This document shows, piece after piece, positions 39,898 through 54,991 of a stretch of 64,000 nt of DNA. The notes beneath the pieces are model-generated. The model was given only the letters and a program-made list of their open reading frames with translations. It searched no databases and was not told the DNA's origin. The stretch's first letter is position 1, and every line of letters begins with the position of its first letter. The stretch covers positions 3,065,264 to 3,129,263 of the forward strand of contig NW_002060943.1 in assembly GCF_000150275.1 (NCBI RefSeq). Reading direction: 5' to 3'. Source of the stretch: Trichoplax adhaerens (Eukaryota; Animalia; Placozoa). Both the position numbers and the translations under genes were made by a program.

Positions 39898-42800
39898 TCA
39901 GATTGATCCGTTGATAAATTCTGCGTAATGAGAACCTATATCACTAATCTTTTCTTGAACCAATGATCTTATAAGACGATTATCTTCCTCTTTACATTCT
40001 AACAATGATTAAGGAAAAATTTTATAAATACGTTTACAAGTGATTCATAAGTAAGTCGATTATTAAAAACTATCAGCATTCAATAGATACTATAAAGGTA
40101 CCCAAATCAAAACGTACTACGTAAAATTAATCATAAAATAGCCTGGAAATTGCAAATCTATGCAAATCCATGCAAATCCTATAGCTCGCTAAAAATTACG
40201 AAAATACCATAAATACAAAATAAATTAGTTTGGAAGACGTTACCTGGTAAACTATGTCTATTAGTAATAAATTGGTCAGGTTTTCTTGGCTTGTTATCCT
40301 GGCAATTAAAATAAGCAAGGAGTCAACCAATCGATACAATAATGAATTGCAAAACTATCGTGTAGGGTTGTAAAGCTTACTTTTAAATATTTCCACGCTG
40401 TCATGAGTAATAAATAAACTTGATAAGGAGTACATTTACTAAATAAATGGTGAATGCTTGTCACAGGATTTGGAATCCATCCAGCTACCGATAATAATTT
40501 AATCAATTTGCAAGACATCTCCAGTTGAGCAGGAGATTCAGCAACTTTGCTTTCTTTATTACGTAACCAATAATTTAGTAATACAGATAATAAACTTCGT
40601 AAAATAGTATCACAGTTACAAATTGCGGAAGGATCTAAAACAATTAACGAAAAAGCAAAAATCTAGTTATAAAGTATCAAGGATAATGCCAATCAGAGAT
40701 CAACCGGAGACATATAAGACTTACCTTCGGCAATAAACTTTAATATATCAAATAGGAGTGGACACTTATCAAAGACTTTAAATACGTGGATATCCCTGTA
40801 TTCACCCAATAATTTAAATGAAATTATTCTAATTAGAACACCTACAACTCTAATGATACTAAAATTTTATCTAGTGACCTTTCAATTGTATCTGGATGTT
40901 TAACAAAGTCATCGTCATAGCAAGCCTTCGGTACTGGAATAAGATCGGGTGATAAAAGATCGACTACCGTTATACTTAAAACTTCCAAACGAGATACATT
41001 AGTCCAGGAGTTCGGTTCGCCAGATGGAGATACATAACCAGACTTAGTTCGTTTGTCCCATTCATTGTTACTTTTAGCACACTCTCTCAAGATGTTAACA
41101 TATAAAGAAGTCTTTAATAGGACTTGTTCCTAAATACAAAAGAATGTCAAACTCAAAATATTATTGAACAGCAAATTGTAAGTATACAACCAGCGAATAT
41201 AACTACCTGTATGTTAGAACCATTAGTGACTCCATTTGAATTATATAATCCGTTGTTATTGCTATGAACGCGACCAATTAAGCCGTCATGGAATAAACTT
41301 TTACTACCACTAGTTTTTATTAAATCGTATTGATTACTCCAATTAGCTTTAAGTAAGCTGACATGAGGCTCGCTCATAGTAGAAGATATTGTATATTTTG
41401 TCCTCCTTCCCGTTATTCGTAATATATCAGGTAATTCTATAAATAGTAATAAATTTTTAGAAAAAAGCAACTGAAAGGTACGACACTCTGACATATATCA
41501 TGTATAATTGCATACAAGAGGACCCTTACCGGAGTTATCGTTTCCCAACATTTCCGAATTTACCTAAATAACGATTATGGTAAAAAAAAATGAATAACAG
41601 TGTCTTATGAATATATAACACAATCAATATTTGCATATATATGGGAATACCGGTGACAGTAAAGCATCCTCTACTAATCGACGAAGAACAAACACTGGTC
41701 CCATCGGTTGCTTGCACAGTGCAATCATAACAGCCTTGATGGACTTTAATAAATTTTGATGATCTAAAACGGGCCCCATGAAATAATATATCAATAAATT
41801 TCATATTTATATTTCCGCTATAAAGCTGTGGCAGGCACTATGATGTGCTGTAATACGTTACCGGTTCTATGTTCTTCGTAAGTACACAATAACTGAAAGA
41901 AAAATGTAACCAAGGATTGGCTCATTAATGATACAGTCTTTACATCCATGTTAGCTTCAGCAGGCTTAAGGTAAATCATTAGTTTCAAGACTATAGTTGA
42001 CATCTCGTCATTAGGATGCTGTAATAAATTTGCGAACTTCAGTATGCGAGATTGTAGCGATTGTACAAGCCGGCTCCTACAATTTAAAATGCATTAATAT
42101 TGCATTAAACATTATTAACTACCAAGCACAGATTAATTTTACAAATGTAACACTTAACCTAATAAAAGACTTTGTCTCTGGATGGCTTTCCCATGTAAGT
42201 AACTGTAGAATGTTACCAAGCAACCTACAAGCCTGCATTAATACAGTTTATACAAACCAATGTTTAGATAAAAATCTAAATGCAATAGTCTCTTATCCAG
42301 CTATGTTGTTAAAAGAAATAGAGCATTTTAACCTCTTTCCGGGAAGAAAAATTTGATCCGCATGTTAAACTTGACATTAACCTTTGCACAATACTATTGG
42401 TCAATTGAGGATAACTAGATTCCAACTCACATTGCAGTTGTATAAATAATCCAAGCTTAGCAGATGAAGAAAAAATTTGTAATGACAATTTAAAAAGAAT
42501 GGATAATACATAAAAATATACATATAAGTATTCTTTTAACCAAACGTACCATTTCCACAGTATGTGCGTGCAAAACGATATAAGATAGCAACTCTGCAGC
42601 AGAATCCATTCCTTCATAAACTCCGATTAAGACGAGAATACGGATGAGCCAAAATTGGCTATGTGAATGAAATTATTTCGCTTTAGTTAATGAATAGTCT
42701 ATCCCTTTAAGTGATCCGCACATAGAATATCAACATTACCATATTCCACTTTCTTTTAACATTTCCCGACATAAAACATCTTTATGCTTTTGTAGTTCTA

Positions 42801-45800
42801 CTAAAAATGGCACCAATAACTCGGCACTGGTACTGCTACTAATATTCTCATCAGAAGAGCCAGATTTTTGTTGAACCAATTGTTGTAAATGTCTTAAGAA
42901 GGAATTCTAAGAGTGAAATAGAGAAATATCTGTTAGCGCCAAGATGTAGAATATGCCGTATCAAAACTGTGAGAATGTACCATTATGCGAACGCAAGAGT
43001 TATAGATTGCGTTTTGTTCAGAATTGGCAACATTATCGCTACCATCATTTTCCCTTGCAATACTAACGAAGCACTGTAACAACTCCTTAGCACCGGTCTT
43101 AACATTCTGCATAACACTGATAACTAGAGTCGTTAAATTATAACCATTTCGCCTTTGTGATTGCTCGTAAAGTCTCATCAAGAGGTCATGATTCCCTATT
43201 GTAAAAATAATGCAAGGTTCTTTAACTAAGCGTAAATCACACATAACAAATCACTGACATTTATATCCAATTTTCAATACGTACAAAGTCGGACAAATTC
43301 AATAGTAGAGATTTCTAATAGTACTGGTGAAACAGATAGTATGTACAAAAAGAATGGAACAGCTGCCAAGTACATTTCATCTAATTTGTCTGATGTTCCT
43401 AAGCTTGTCTACATAAGTATAATTTCAGCATTTAAAATCGCATATAATCATAGATAAACGATTAGTATAGACATGTACCGAGAAGAAACTTAGTAAAGAT
43501 GTCCTAATTTCCGATGGATGTTGTACAGCAATATAATTCAACACTCGTATCACTCCAGATGTAATTGAATCTTCATTAACATAAATGCCGTCCTTTTTGT
43601 AGCTATTCTGATAAAAATCTTTTAAACCACCAAGAAGCAAATGCGGTAAAAGGACAGACGAAAAGCATGATCTAAAAAAAAGAAATGATACGCCATCTTA
43701 CTTCCATCAGGGATCCAATTGTTCACAAAAATAAACTATCCATTTAACATTTTAAAAACACTATTTCCGTCGATGATAATTTCACTTACGCAAAATGTGT
43801 TAAAACCCAATCGAATTGATTTGAATACTTTACTGATGTTTCTAGTAGGCAGTTTACGCAGTCTCCTTCATTGCGATTAAGTCTGTAATGATACGTTAAT
43901 ATGGAGAACGCCTTAGCTTCTTTGTAATTTTAGATTCATTTTATTTTTGTTTACTTTATGTTGAAGCACTGTTTTGCAATATCAATCAGGAATTGAGTAG
44001 CTGTAAGAATGAAAAAAAATCCTTTTAGGACATAGACTGTCATGATAAGCCTCGCTATTTATCAATAATAACCACAATAAATAACTATCATTTAGCATTT
44101 CTACCTTGATTGTCCATCATGTATTGCAATCGCTCATCTACCGAACTTGATGCAGGAATTCCTACAATATTGACGAGAACAATAAAATCAGTTACACTAT
44201 TGATACAAACAATATCAAGAAGAATACTTTCACCGTAGCTATAACTTTACTTTCATAAATCACGATAACCGCTAGTAAAATTTGATTAATTCATTTACCA
44301 ATTTAATCTACAGGGCACTTACTAAAATAATACTACATGCAAAATACTACAATGGAATAACGTATTCCGTAGTGTAACCTGTTATTGTAGAAACGCTACT
44401 ACGAGCTTCCATTAACTAACCGTAAAGACAATTACCGTATATACTGTATAAGAGCCGTATTACTATTTAGCTATTTCCATTGCATTCTTCGTATCTTAAC
44501 ATGAAAGATTTACAATACAGTACATTATATTGTATTTCAGCATTATTTCCATTCCTTTACATAAATATTGCATAATAACTAAATCATAGAATAATGTGGA
44601 AGGAATATAACCAAACATGTTTGATATATTCATGGTTTGGTCAAGATTCATAATTTTCTAAATTTCTTGTAATGTATAAATATAGTGGATATACCGTCAT
44701 TTTTTCTTAAGCTAATGATGCTCAAAATGATAGATTTCAAGGCAATATACTCGCACAGTATAGGTAGAGGACACAGACTGATTGTAGTACGCATATGTAT
44801 AGCAATTTACTTAAGGAAGAACGATCGATATATTGTGTACAGTAATAAATTGATCTTCATATTTTAATACCAATGGAAATATAATTTGATATCGTACATT
44901 GCTTAAAGCAGTCAGCCATTTTTGAGGGTATTAATCCATATGAATATGAAATTACTTACCAATCTTGTCAACACATTGCTGGCTAATAAGACCCAGAAGA
45001 TTTAAGGCCCACTATCAAGGTAATGAGAAAATAAAATTATACATTTCTTGAAATCACATATACTGCATACATGGTAATAGCATAGCGCTTTACTACTATT
45101 AACATATTATAGATAATACAAATTACGATAATCCAATTTTAGTTTATAAATTTGATAAGCATGTATTCAATGAAGGTGTTTTCATTGGTAGAGAATGGTT
45201 GTATCTAGTACTGTACATTACATTAATACTTACTTCGTCAATAATGCCGGTCCAAGCATCAGGACTTCGATGTAATAATTCCATTAGTGTGGCATGAATT
45301 GCTTGTGTAGCTGAATACAGTTCATTATTACTCTCTTCTTTATTGGCAACAACCGATTTTAGAAAAATATCGCTGAGTTGTTCGAATATAGCCAAACGGG
45401 CAGAAGGTAATGACACCAATAACAGTAAGCTTGATTTGGCCAGTTGAAGGCATGATTGATTATTATGTTGATAGATAAACTGGCGTAATTGTTGCAATAA
45501 ATTCTATTTGATAGAGAAAAAATGGAATTAGTTCCTTTAATTCGTCTTTATCTACGTTGTTGTCGATATTATTTTCTTTCGAACACCAAACTAATTTGAT
45601 AGTATATAAACGGCAGTATCGCTGCAAAGCATGCAATGTCCTACGATGTCAAAGTACTATCCATCATGCATATCACGACTGGCTATCCATTAGTATAGGA
45701 TATACTATATCTCAATAGTCAGGTGTATTTTCTATTCATTAAGAGGCGAACAAGACTACAGTCATCTATCAAGGTTTGGATAACATATAATTATCATAGA

Positions 45801-46005
45801 TTGTACTGAACGATTTCAGTGGACAACATTGGCCCGTAGAAGCGTGTCATGGTGCTACTCCTCTTGAAAGAAAGTCTTTTACTGCTCTACTATACAAGCA
45901 TTGCGTAGCAAGGCAACTCATGTACTCCACGCGCAGTCATTCAACTATCTCATTTTTACTTCTATCAAGTCAATAATCAACCTGTGGATTCTTCTCTGAT
46001 TGCAT
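39898..46005 (-). CDS. INTS5: Integrator complex subunit 5, many exons
   Basis: MQSEKNPQ|NLLQQLRQFI...LLLLVSLPSARLAIFEQL...PDAWTGII, CLLETSVKYSNQFDWVLTHF and LLGGLKDF match the INTS5 N-terminal domain. C-terminal ...IGSHYAEFINGSI*. Confidence 0.88.
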
Positions 46006-46369
46006 ATCGTATGCTAGTCTTTAATGGATCTCTTGATGGCGAAGTCACTAGTTTTCTTAGACTTGAAAGCCGGCAGCGGCAGCAAATCCTAGATCGCTCA
46101 ATGCTTGCAGGATTACTAAAAGGATGATGTTGTCGCGCTTGCGTTTCCTACCGTTTGTCAATTTTATTGTGGATCCAACTCTGTAGTCTACTATAGAGTC
46201 TGTCTAGCTGTTGGAGCTCTAGTAGTGCCAGTGCCTTGCAAAATAGTATCGTCGTGTTTGGAGCATGCTCTGTCGTGATCCTGACTTCCCAAGTCAAATC
46301 AGCCGTCATGCCCTATGATCTCATGATCACTATATTTCTATTTGCTATTGAATAGAGAAATAGTAGGGG

Positions 46370-47175
46370 GGGTGACAGACTATTTTGCACAGTGTAATAC
46401 AGTCGTGTACAGTGTACAGTATGGCCTCTACAGTACAATGAGTCTACTGTACAGTACACAGTACAGTAGGTACAGCGGGTGCTCTCTGTTTCAGGACCGT
46501 CTCTACAGATCTCATACGATAGGAGGTTTCTTCCATTACCTCGTCTATCTTTCCATCTGCTTGTTAACCATAATATCTGAGCAAACTAGGGATTGCAATA
46601 GTTAAGTGTCATTGTTGACTATTTGATAGACTATCAGCAGCCTCGTCATTCTACTGTATCATCGGCCCTACGTACTCTACTGTATGGAACAAGTTCGACA
46701 CGAAGTCGGACTAAAGCCGGACCGCGATGGTCTAGAACGGAGTATGATACTGTACTGGTATTGTACCGGTATTGTACCTGTGTTCGCGTCCCTTCTGCCA
46801 TTTGTAATGTAAACAGTTCTAATAGCTGTACTGTACTGTACTGTATTTTAGTATCGCACAGTACACCGAAAATGAGAAAAAGCCTAGTCAATTTGTAGTG
46901 ATAAGTGACCAGTTGTATCGTCAGAATAGAAAAATGGCACGCAGAGGTTGGCGTTGTTCTCTACTGAGAATAAAATGCCGTATTTCATGTAAAGGTTATT
47001 GCATTGGATCCAAATGAATTCTCCGAGACACCTGCCACTCTGCCAGCATTGTTTGAAGTATTGTACTGTACTGTACACTGTAGCTGCCTGGTATACTGTA
47101 CTGTACTGTACAGTACTGTACCAGAACTTCTTACAGTCCAAATCACCGCGTACTGTACTAGATAATGTACTGTAG
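46370..47175. repeat. TACTG/CAGTA pentamer-rich tracts in the INTS5-GNPTAB divergent intergenic region
   Basis: Clusters at ~46388-46470, 46670-46865 and 47060-47175; the segment at 47093-47140 resembles 4838-4885. Confidence 0.8.
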
Positions 47176-47376
47176 CAATCATGAGCGACTCAGGTGCAGC
47201 AGGTATCGAAAGCTGCTGAGCTGACAAGGGACGACGGTCTTCAAACAGCCCAATGTCTGCATAAAAGGAGAAAAATGGCTGACTTTCTTCACTGAAATTT
47301 TAGACATTCCTTATGCCCTCTTATTCTCATCACGTCAAGAGTTGGAAGATAGACTGAAGTAATATGTTTTAACTAG

Positions 47377-50300
47377 ATGGCTTTGACTAAAACTATTCAG
47401 AGACACATCTATTCTTGCTTGTCGTCTCGATATGGAATCACCTTGTCCATTGTTGGATTTATTCTGGCATTGATATTTTCATTCGAGCTTGGTGAGGTAA
47501 AAAAATGAAATGATTACTCATCATAGTTAGCATAGATACAGGAGGGTTGTTCTATTCATTGCTTATCTTTATGGTAATGTTGCCTGTTTTCTTCTTAGCA
47601 GTTTGAACCTTTCGTAAATAGCTCGAATGTAATCAATGACCATGACAGGACTACATTTTCAATAGCTTAACTCTTGGCACTTTGTCCTGTACTGTACTGT
47701 ACAATAGCTGACGCCAATTATTCTAATTATAAATCTTCACGCTGATCCAGAAATTCATTCATTAAAATTAAAATTTGTTCTGAGTACAACATACAAATTG
47801 CTAATGCTATGCTTAATGATTATACCTAATCTTATATTATTATTTTCATCTTCAAGCTGGCAATAAAATGGAGTAAGGTCCAGTATGCATCTACATTTGA
47901 TAGCTTTTATGACAATCTTGCAGGCCAATCATATCAAGACAGGTAACGTCCAATTTTGCATTTGGATGCCTTAATAAGTAGCCTGATTATCATGATACTT
48001 TGACTAGTCTTGCTATTCCATACTTACAGCTTTAAAATATTATTGTAAAGATTGCTGCTATGCGTTCATTGCTTAATAATTAGACGAAAAGGATACAATG
48101 ATAGTTGCTGCAAGAAACTTACTTAGCTAACTACTTCATCAGCAATGTGGGCTAACGGTAGAGAACCAATACATAATGTAGCCATAACATGGTTTACTAT
48201 GCAAAGTTATTTTAAAATGATGAATGGAGTATACTTTACGCTAATCAATCAATGCCATCGATAAACTGTTATGGACTGTATAATTTCTATTAGATAAGTT
48301 ACTGCTTACTGAATTATGAAACAAAGTACATTAATATTATTGACAACACTAATTGCGATTAAATTGCAAGTGGATGTAACCCTTCTCCGTAACAGCATAA
48401 AATAGAGTTGAAATTTTACGTACTTTATTAATTTTAATAGGATATGTACTCCTATGCCGATCGATGTCGTATACACATGGGTAAATGGCTCTGATCCAAA
48501 ATTAATTCGCGAATTAACCGCTATTAAAAGACAGATGCAACAGGAAGTTCAAGAAATGCAAATAAACATGTAACTGCAGTAATACCAATAAGGATTAACT
48601 AATTTTTTTTTATAATATGTTACGCGAACTATTGCGTGCTTATATTATGTGTTCTACTCTGGCAGCTTATTAAGTGAGTTCAATTGTGTTCGTTGGATGT
48701 TGTATAATCCATACGGTACAATGTATCAAGCATTTCAACTCTGCATGCATACTTCGAGAAATATCGCTGCTCGCTACTTTTCCTATTAAACCTGTACATC
48801 AACGTTTCTTATTAAATTTCAGTATCTGCGCTAGCATCATATTTATGATACGGTATTATGTATACTCTTATTTCAGGTTCTACGAGGAATGTCCTCATCT
48901 CAAGAACATCGATCTTAGGTAATACGTGAAACAATGATTTTTTAATATTCCGTACGATGGAAGATAATAATTTTCCTGCATAATCACATTTCTAACCTAT
49001 TAATAAGTTGTAAGTATTGAAATATATATTTTAGAATAACGGTCAAACTATTCCTATGTACTGTAGTAAATTACGCAACTTTACTCTTTTGGGGGATTGT
49101 GCAAAGTATCTACCAGATACTACGGTTGTTGAAATTAGCCATAAACATGAAACCGCAAGCAGTGGAAATTCTTCCAGGTAAAGTTTTCGCATTTACTAAT
49201 TTAAAATAAAGACCATCCAGTAGAAACAAATACTACTTATTCGATTTTTATAAAACTGCCTACTAATGCAAATTTATTATCAACAGCTGGTGCTCTTTTG
49301 TCAATTGCATCCCTTCTACTATCATCGTATTAGAAGGATCTCAGCTAGCCACTGATGTAACGTTGCTATCAATACGTGAACTACACGAGTCTTTGAGCTC
49401 AGTTCGTTGGATTGCCAATGTTACCAATGCTATGTATAAAAAGTTATCCTACGCTGTAGATGTTGAAAAAGTAGAAAATGGTAATTAATATCTGTCTAAG
49501 CTCCAATAAAATTAATAGATACTCTCTTTACTCCTCTAAAACTAATAATGACTAATTATTTTGATGCTAGTTCGTTTCGCTTTCAAGTCTAAAATCGAAA
49601 TGCACGATGAGCAATTAGCAGTATCAAAGGCTTACCTGGTAACTAATGTGACAGTTAAGAATAATACAGCATTCCGGATATTCCTTTATTTTTTTTTATA
49701 ACATTCTAGACATCTAACAAAGTTGAGCCTCTTGGAGTCGCATTAGAGCGCCATATTCTGGTTACTGGACTTCCGATTCGATATCTAATGGATGAGACCT
49801 ATTTAAGAAAAAGAATTAAAGTCATACTAAAAAAATATTTAAGAAATGAGACATTACCAAAGGTAAAATAAACCGTCGCATATTGATTGCTAATTTAATA
49901 AAACCTTAATATTATTGAACATTCATGGTCCATATAAATTACTGTAAACTGTATTTTCTAATTAAAATAGATTAAAGCATACGCTACTCAAGGCACTATT
50001 TTAGTTGAATTATCAGAAAAGTATTCAGGATCGAAACTTAGCGAAACCGTGAGTAAATCGATTCCTTATAGAATGTATCACTTAAAGTTATCTTTACTCA
50101 AATACTCTACTATTCACAAAATAACTAGAAATTGATCAAATTTAATGGTCACTTAATAAAAGTATACCAGGCCTACCTGGTCTGGGCACCAAGACGCTCT
50201 ATTTCGGTTAGTATTAGCTTCAGATTATCGTATATTTTGTGACCGCACGATACGGATTTTTCATTCTCATCCTGAATGACTACAATACATATTTCTTGTC

Positions 50301-53300
50301 CTGTATACACTAATTTCATCTACCGACTTATGCTGTAAGGACGGTGATGACAATGATGCCGATCCAGATATCAACATGGCCTCAAACAGATTTTCAGATA
50401 ACCAAGTCAGTTACTTTACGATGTTCACAACATTTGTTAATTTCTAGATTATAACCTTGGATTTCATAACTGATATAGGAGCTACGATTTTCGATACGAT
50501 CAGTTGAGCGATATGCACCATGGGTTCGCAAGATTTTTATTGTTACAAATGGACAAATTCCTAGCTGGTTAAATCTAGAAAATCCCCGTGTCCAGATTGT
50601 TACACATGAGGTGATAAGCTGGTGTTCAGCTTTCGTTATTAAATGATGCAGTCACAGATTACTAATTATATCTAAAATTGTAATTCAGTAACTGACTGTC
50701 AAATAAATCAATCGTTAATAATGATACTAACACTGCTTATATATATACACAATAGTAGAACCTACGGATATCGAAATTAGAATGTTAACAATTTTTTTAT
50801 ATCGGACGTTTCTCTAGCAAATCTACCTCAACCGCAGCCACTTACCATCCTTTAGTTCACCATCTATAGAGAGTAATATTCATAGAATACCCGGATTGTC
50901 TAAGAAATTTATCTATCTAAATGATGACGTGTTTTTTGGAAGACCTGTTTGGCCAGATGACTTTTATACTCATGCAAATGGACAAAAAGTAAACCGAGTT
51001 CACTTTTGCGCGTATAGTTCTCGACAATGTTGATGATAATACGCGTATCATTTTTGTACCCTTAACATAGATTTACCTAACATGGCCCGTTCCTAACTGC
51101 AATGAGGGCTGTCCTCCAAATTGGATCCGAGATGGTTATTGTGATAAAGCTTGCAATACCTCATCCTGCGATTGGGATGGAGGAGATTGTTTAGGTCTGC
51201 TTCAGTAAATTTTTTCAGTGTTGCAATTATAATTGCATACTATCAAATCAATCCTAGTTTATTGAGTAATAACGACATATTCACTTCTTGTGGTAACTCG
51301 TAGGTGGAACAGAAGCTGGACAGGCGACATTACACGGCATAGGACAAAATGCAGGACTTCACCAACCAGGTCACTAGTAACCTTAATATAAGGAAATAAT
51401 GCTGGAATTTGATAACTAACTTCTAAAAAATTTATAGCGATAATCAGTTATTGTAATCTTGGCTGTGCTGATAGCTGGGTTGGAGATAAATACTGTGACC
51501 AGGTTAAATATATATATATTTATATCCAATCTGAGATTTCTTGAGAACTAAAATAGCAGTGCGAATACATTTGAATTAATTACATCACGTTATCGTTCTT
51601 TGTAATTATTATCATAGTCTTGCGATGTAGCATCTTGTGGCTTTGATGGTGGTGACTGTGGAACTGCCAGATACTCTATGCTTTATCGTGTGGATTTGCA
51701 TAATACTACAACTTCAGTTATTGTCCCGCATGGTTAGTATGCTGTCTTACACCCTTAAAACTCCAAATAATGCGAAATAAAATTATATAATTATTAAATT
51801 TTATACTATCAAAGTAAGGAATTGAATTTCAATTCTTCCACTAGGATTGGAAGCTATGTATATTAATTTGACAGAAGTTTTTCAGTATGCAACAATTACC
51901 GACGCAGAATATGACGGAAAGAGTTGCGCAATTCGAACTGCTGTTGTTTCCGAAAAAGCTAAAGTTTTAACATTCTTATTCTATGAAGCTTCCAAAATGG
52001 CTTGTAATGACACACAAATTAAAGTTACTTTAGTGAGTTCATCTGATACGGCAACGCGAAAGGTAGTATTCATGATTGCAGTTTTGTTATAAGGCAATAA
52101 TTATATCAAGTTGGTTATTAATTCTTTTACAACCCTGCTAGTTTCAATTTACATTTAGTGTGAATTTAAATCAAGTATATCACTCCCCGACTCAATCTTT
52201 TTATACAGCCCAGGTGAATGCGGATATTATTATGTATCATTTCATAGTAATATTGTTGTAAATAATTTATTTCTGTAAAACCTAAATTGTAATTTTTTTC
52301 TAGCCGAATAAGACTCTCTCCTTAACCATGCAAAACTTTTGGAAAGATAACCCAAACCTAAAGTAATTATTACTTTTAAAGACTTGTCAACGGTAATCAT
52401 TTCATATAAAATTGTTGCTATGCTGTCAATTTACTTTCACAGGCGATATAGACCAAGCTTAGCGCCTAGAAGTCTTTCTTGGGATAATATTACCATATCC
52501 GACCTTGATGATATCTCTACCAGTCTCAATCGCTCTTTAATCACACTGAAAAATGATTACAATAGTGGTTATTTAACACGCAAAGGATATGAAATTAGAA
52601 AGTCTCAATTGTTAATTTCATACGGTAAGAAAGCATGCAATACAATCCGAATTGAACATATTCTAACCTATATTTGAATAAATAAATTATATATTATTCA
52701 ATTGTACACGATAACAGTTAAGGCTAGACTAGACAAAAAAAGAAACGTCAACGAACCCAGAAAGTCAAAGGCAGTTCATTCCTCCCCTCGTCGCCTTTTA
52801 AGCTATTCTGTTCGTTAGCTATTGCAAGAATTTCTTCTTTAATTTAGTATATATATCGCAATAAGTCCATTTCTTTCTTATATTTATTACTAGGGTAGAG
52901 GATCATTTCCTTGGGAGAAGCAAAGAATGTTCGATAGTTTGATTGAGGTTATACGCTGTCAATTGTCATTGTAAATAAAACTTTTTCGATATATTATTAA
53001 ATCTCTACATGTACATTCTGAATAGACGAAAGAAAAATTAGAAGCGATAGAACAGCTCAGACCTAAACCCGTTATTGGTCGAAAGCTACTAGAGGCATTT
53101 AAAGGATCTCTGCAGCACGTTAATCGCATTTACAACAAAATGTTTGGATACGTGGTCAGAAAAATTCCTGCCCATATATCCCATATGATGGATAAAGATA
53201 TCTTACAGGAACTGCATGATGTGTATGTATTAGTAGATAAATGACCGATTGAAGTGCGTATTTTGTATTGTAATAATGTCATTGTCTATTAAGTCGATAA

Positions 53301-54991
53301 TTAAGCACCTCTGTAAGTTACGATTTATAAATAAATGGCATTCTGCAGCCTTCCGCAAGAGTTCGAAAAGACTTCCGCTCACCGTCTTCGGAGTCCAGAC
53401 GATATGCAATTCTCATTTTCTTACTATTATTATATCATGGGCAAAATGGAAGAATTAAATGTGTCTAAGTTTTTTAAGGACATTGATACGGACAACTCAG
53501 GGTATATCATAATTTGTTGCTGATATCTTTTACAATAGCTGAAGTGTGAAGCTATTTCGCTCGTAAAATTGACAGAAATTAATAACTTAAATAATATAAT
53601 TAGGGTACTTTCCGATCGAGAGTTGCGTACATTGGTTAGCCGAATTCTTCCGTTGCCTGTATCATTCCAGGTATTTTTTCATTCACCAAGAATTGTTAGA
53701 ACTAATGTCATTACTAAAATAATGGAAAATTATTGATTTAAACTACATCATGTTTATCATCACTTGCTAGGCTTTATCGAATGTAGAAAAGACGCTAATT
53801 AACTGTTCCGTGGCTTTAAATATGTCTACGACAGCGTCAACTGAAAAATTAGCTAAAGAAATGTATTTTGAAGCAAAGTTGGTAAGTAACTTCTCAAGTT
53901 CGAAAAGCAGTAGTGTTTGTGATTAAAGCATCTAGGTGTAATATGAAATTGGTATCGTCTCTTAGCCTCCAATTACTTTGGAACTTATATCGAGCTGCGA
54001 TCCAATTGTTAGTTTAATTAATGAAAGTTATACGCCTACAAACAAGCACAAGTAAGTAAATTTTCATAGAGATACCGCAATCATTATCTAATTTAAGTTT
54101 ATTTCCTCAGATTTGAAACTGTTGACGACGAAAACGTAGCTTTCAAAATGCTCCGCAACAATGTTACAACAGTGAGAATTCATTTCTATTTTAAGAGCTA
54201 GTTACTCATTTATTCAGTATATTAACGTACTAAACCAATCTTCTCACAGGTTATGATTCAGTTAGACTCAATCAGAAGAGACAGAAAGTAAGAATTTAGC
54301 AATGTTGTAGCATTGAATGTTATCTTGTCGTAGATGAATGGGTATACATACCATTGAAACATTTTCCCTGTATTGATTTGTTAAGAAAATTTATATGTCT
54401 GAATGATGATATTGACCATGAACACGAAAATGCTATTTTGGTAAGTAGTTTTTTAAATTGCAGAATTAGCCAAAGTGTCACTATTTAAAACTATTTAAAT
54501 AAATTTTAGAAATCTAAATATTGCTCTCTAGATTAAGGGGCTACTCATTGAACTATATGAAACACTGTTTCCGACACCATCGCAATTCGAACTGCCGAGA
54601 AATTATCGTAATCGATTTTTATATGTGAAGGATTTAGAAGAATGGTACAGCACATTTTCCAGGATTACACTAATTTTTTGTGAATATTTTAATAACCAAT
54701 CCATACAGCAACATCATTTTACTTTCATTCTCAAGGGCAAGGAAAAAACGAATATTACGAATGTGGGCTTATACGATCTTTTACATTATATTATTATTCA
54801 CGTTATTTTCATTTATTTATGGCCGGGTAAGAATTCCATTATACTTTTTTTGGGACTTATTCCAAGTAATCGATCGTGATTTCTAATTTACGTATCTTAT
54901 CTAACCTGTGAAGATTGTGGCATACAAGCGAAGATATGCGAGAAGGCAAAGATCCGATTCTTCATCAGAGGAGAGATTGCTTGATGTTTAG
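47377..54991 (+). CDS. GNPTAB: GlcNAc-1-phosphotransferase alpha/beta precursor (Stealth CR1-4, 2 LNR/Notch repeats, DMAP1-binding, EF-hand, two TM), many small exons
   Basis: [121 protein letters not shown] and [17 protein letters not shown]. Stop TAG at 54989-54991. Confidence 0.96.
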
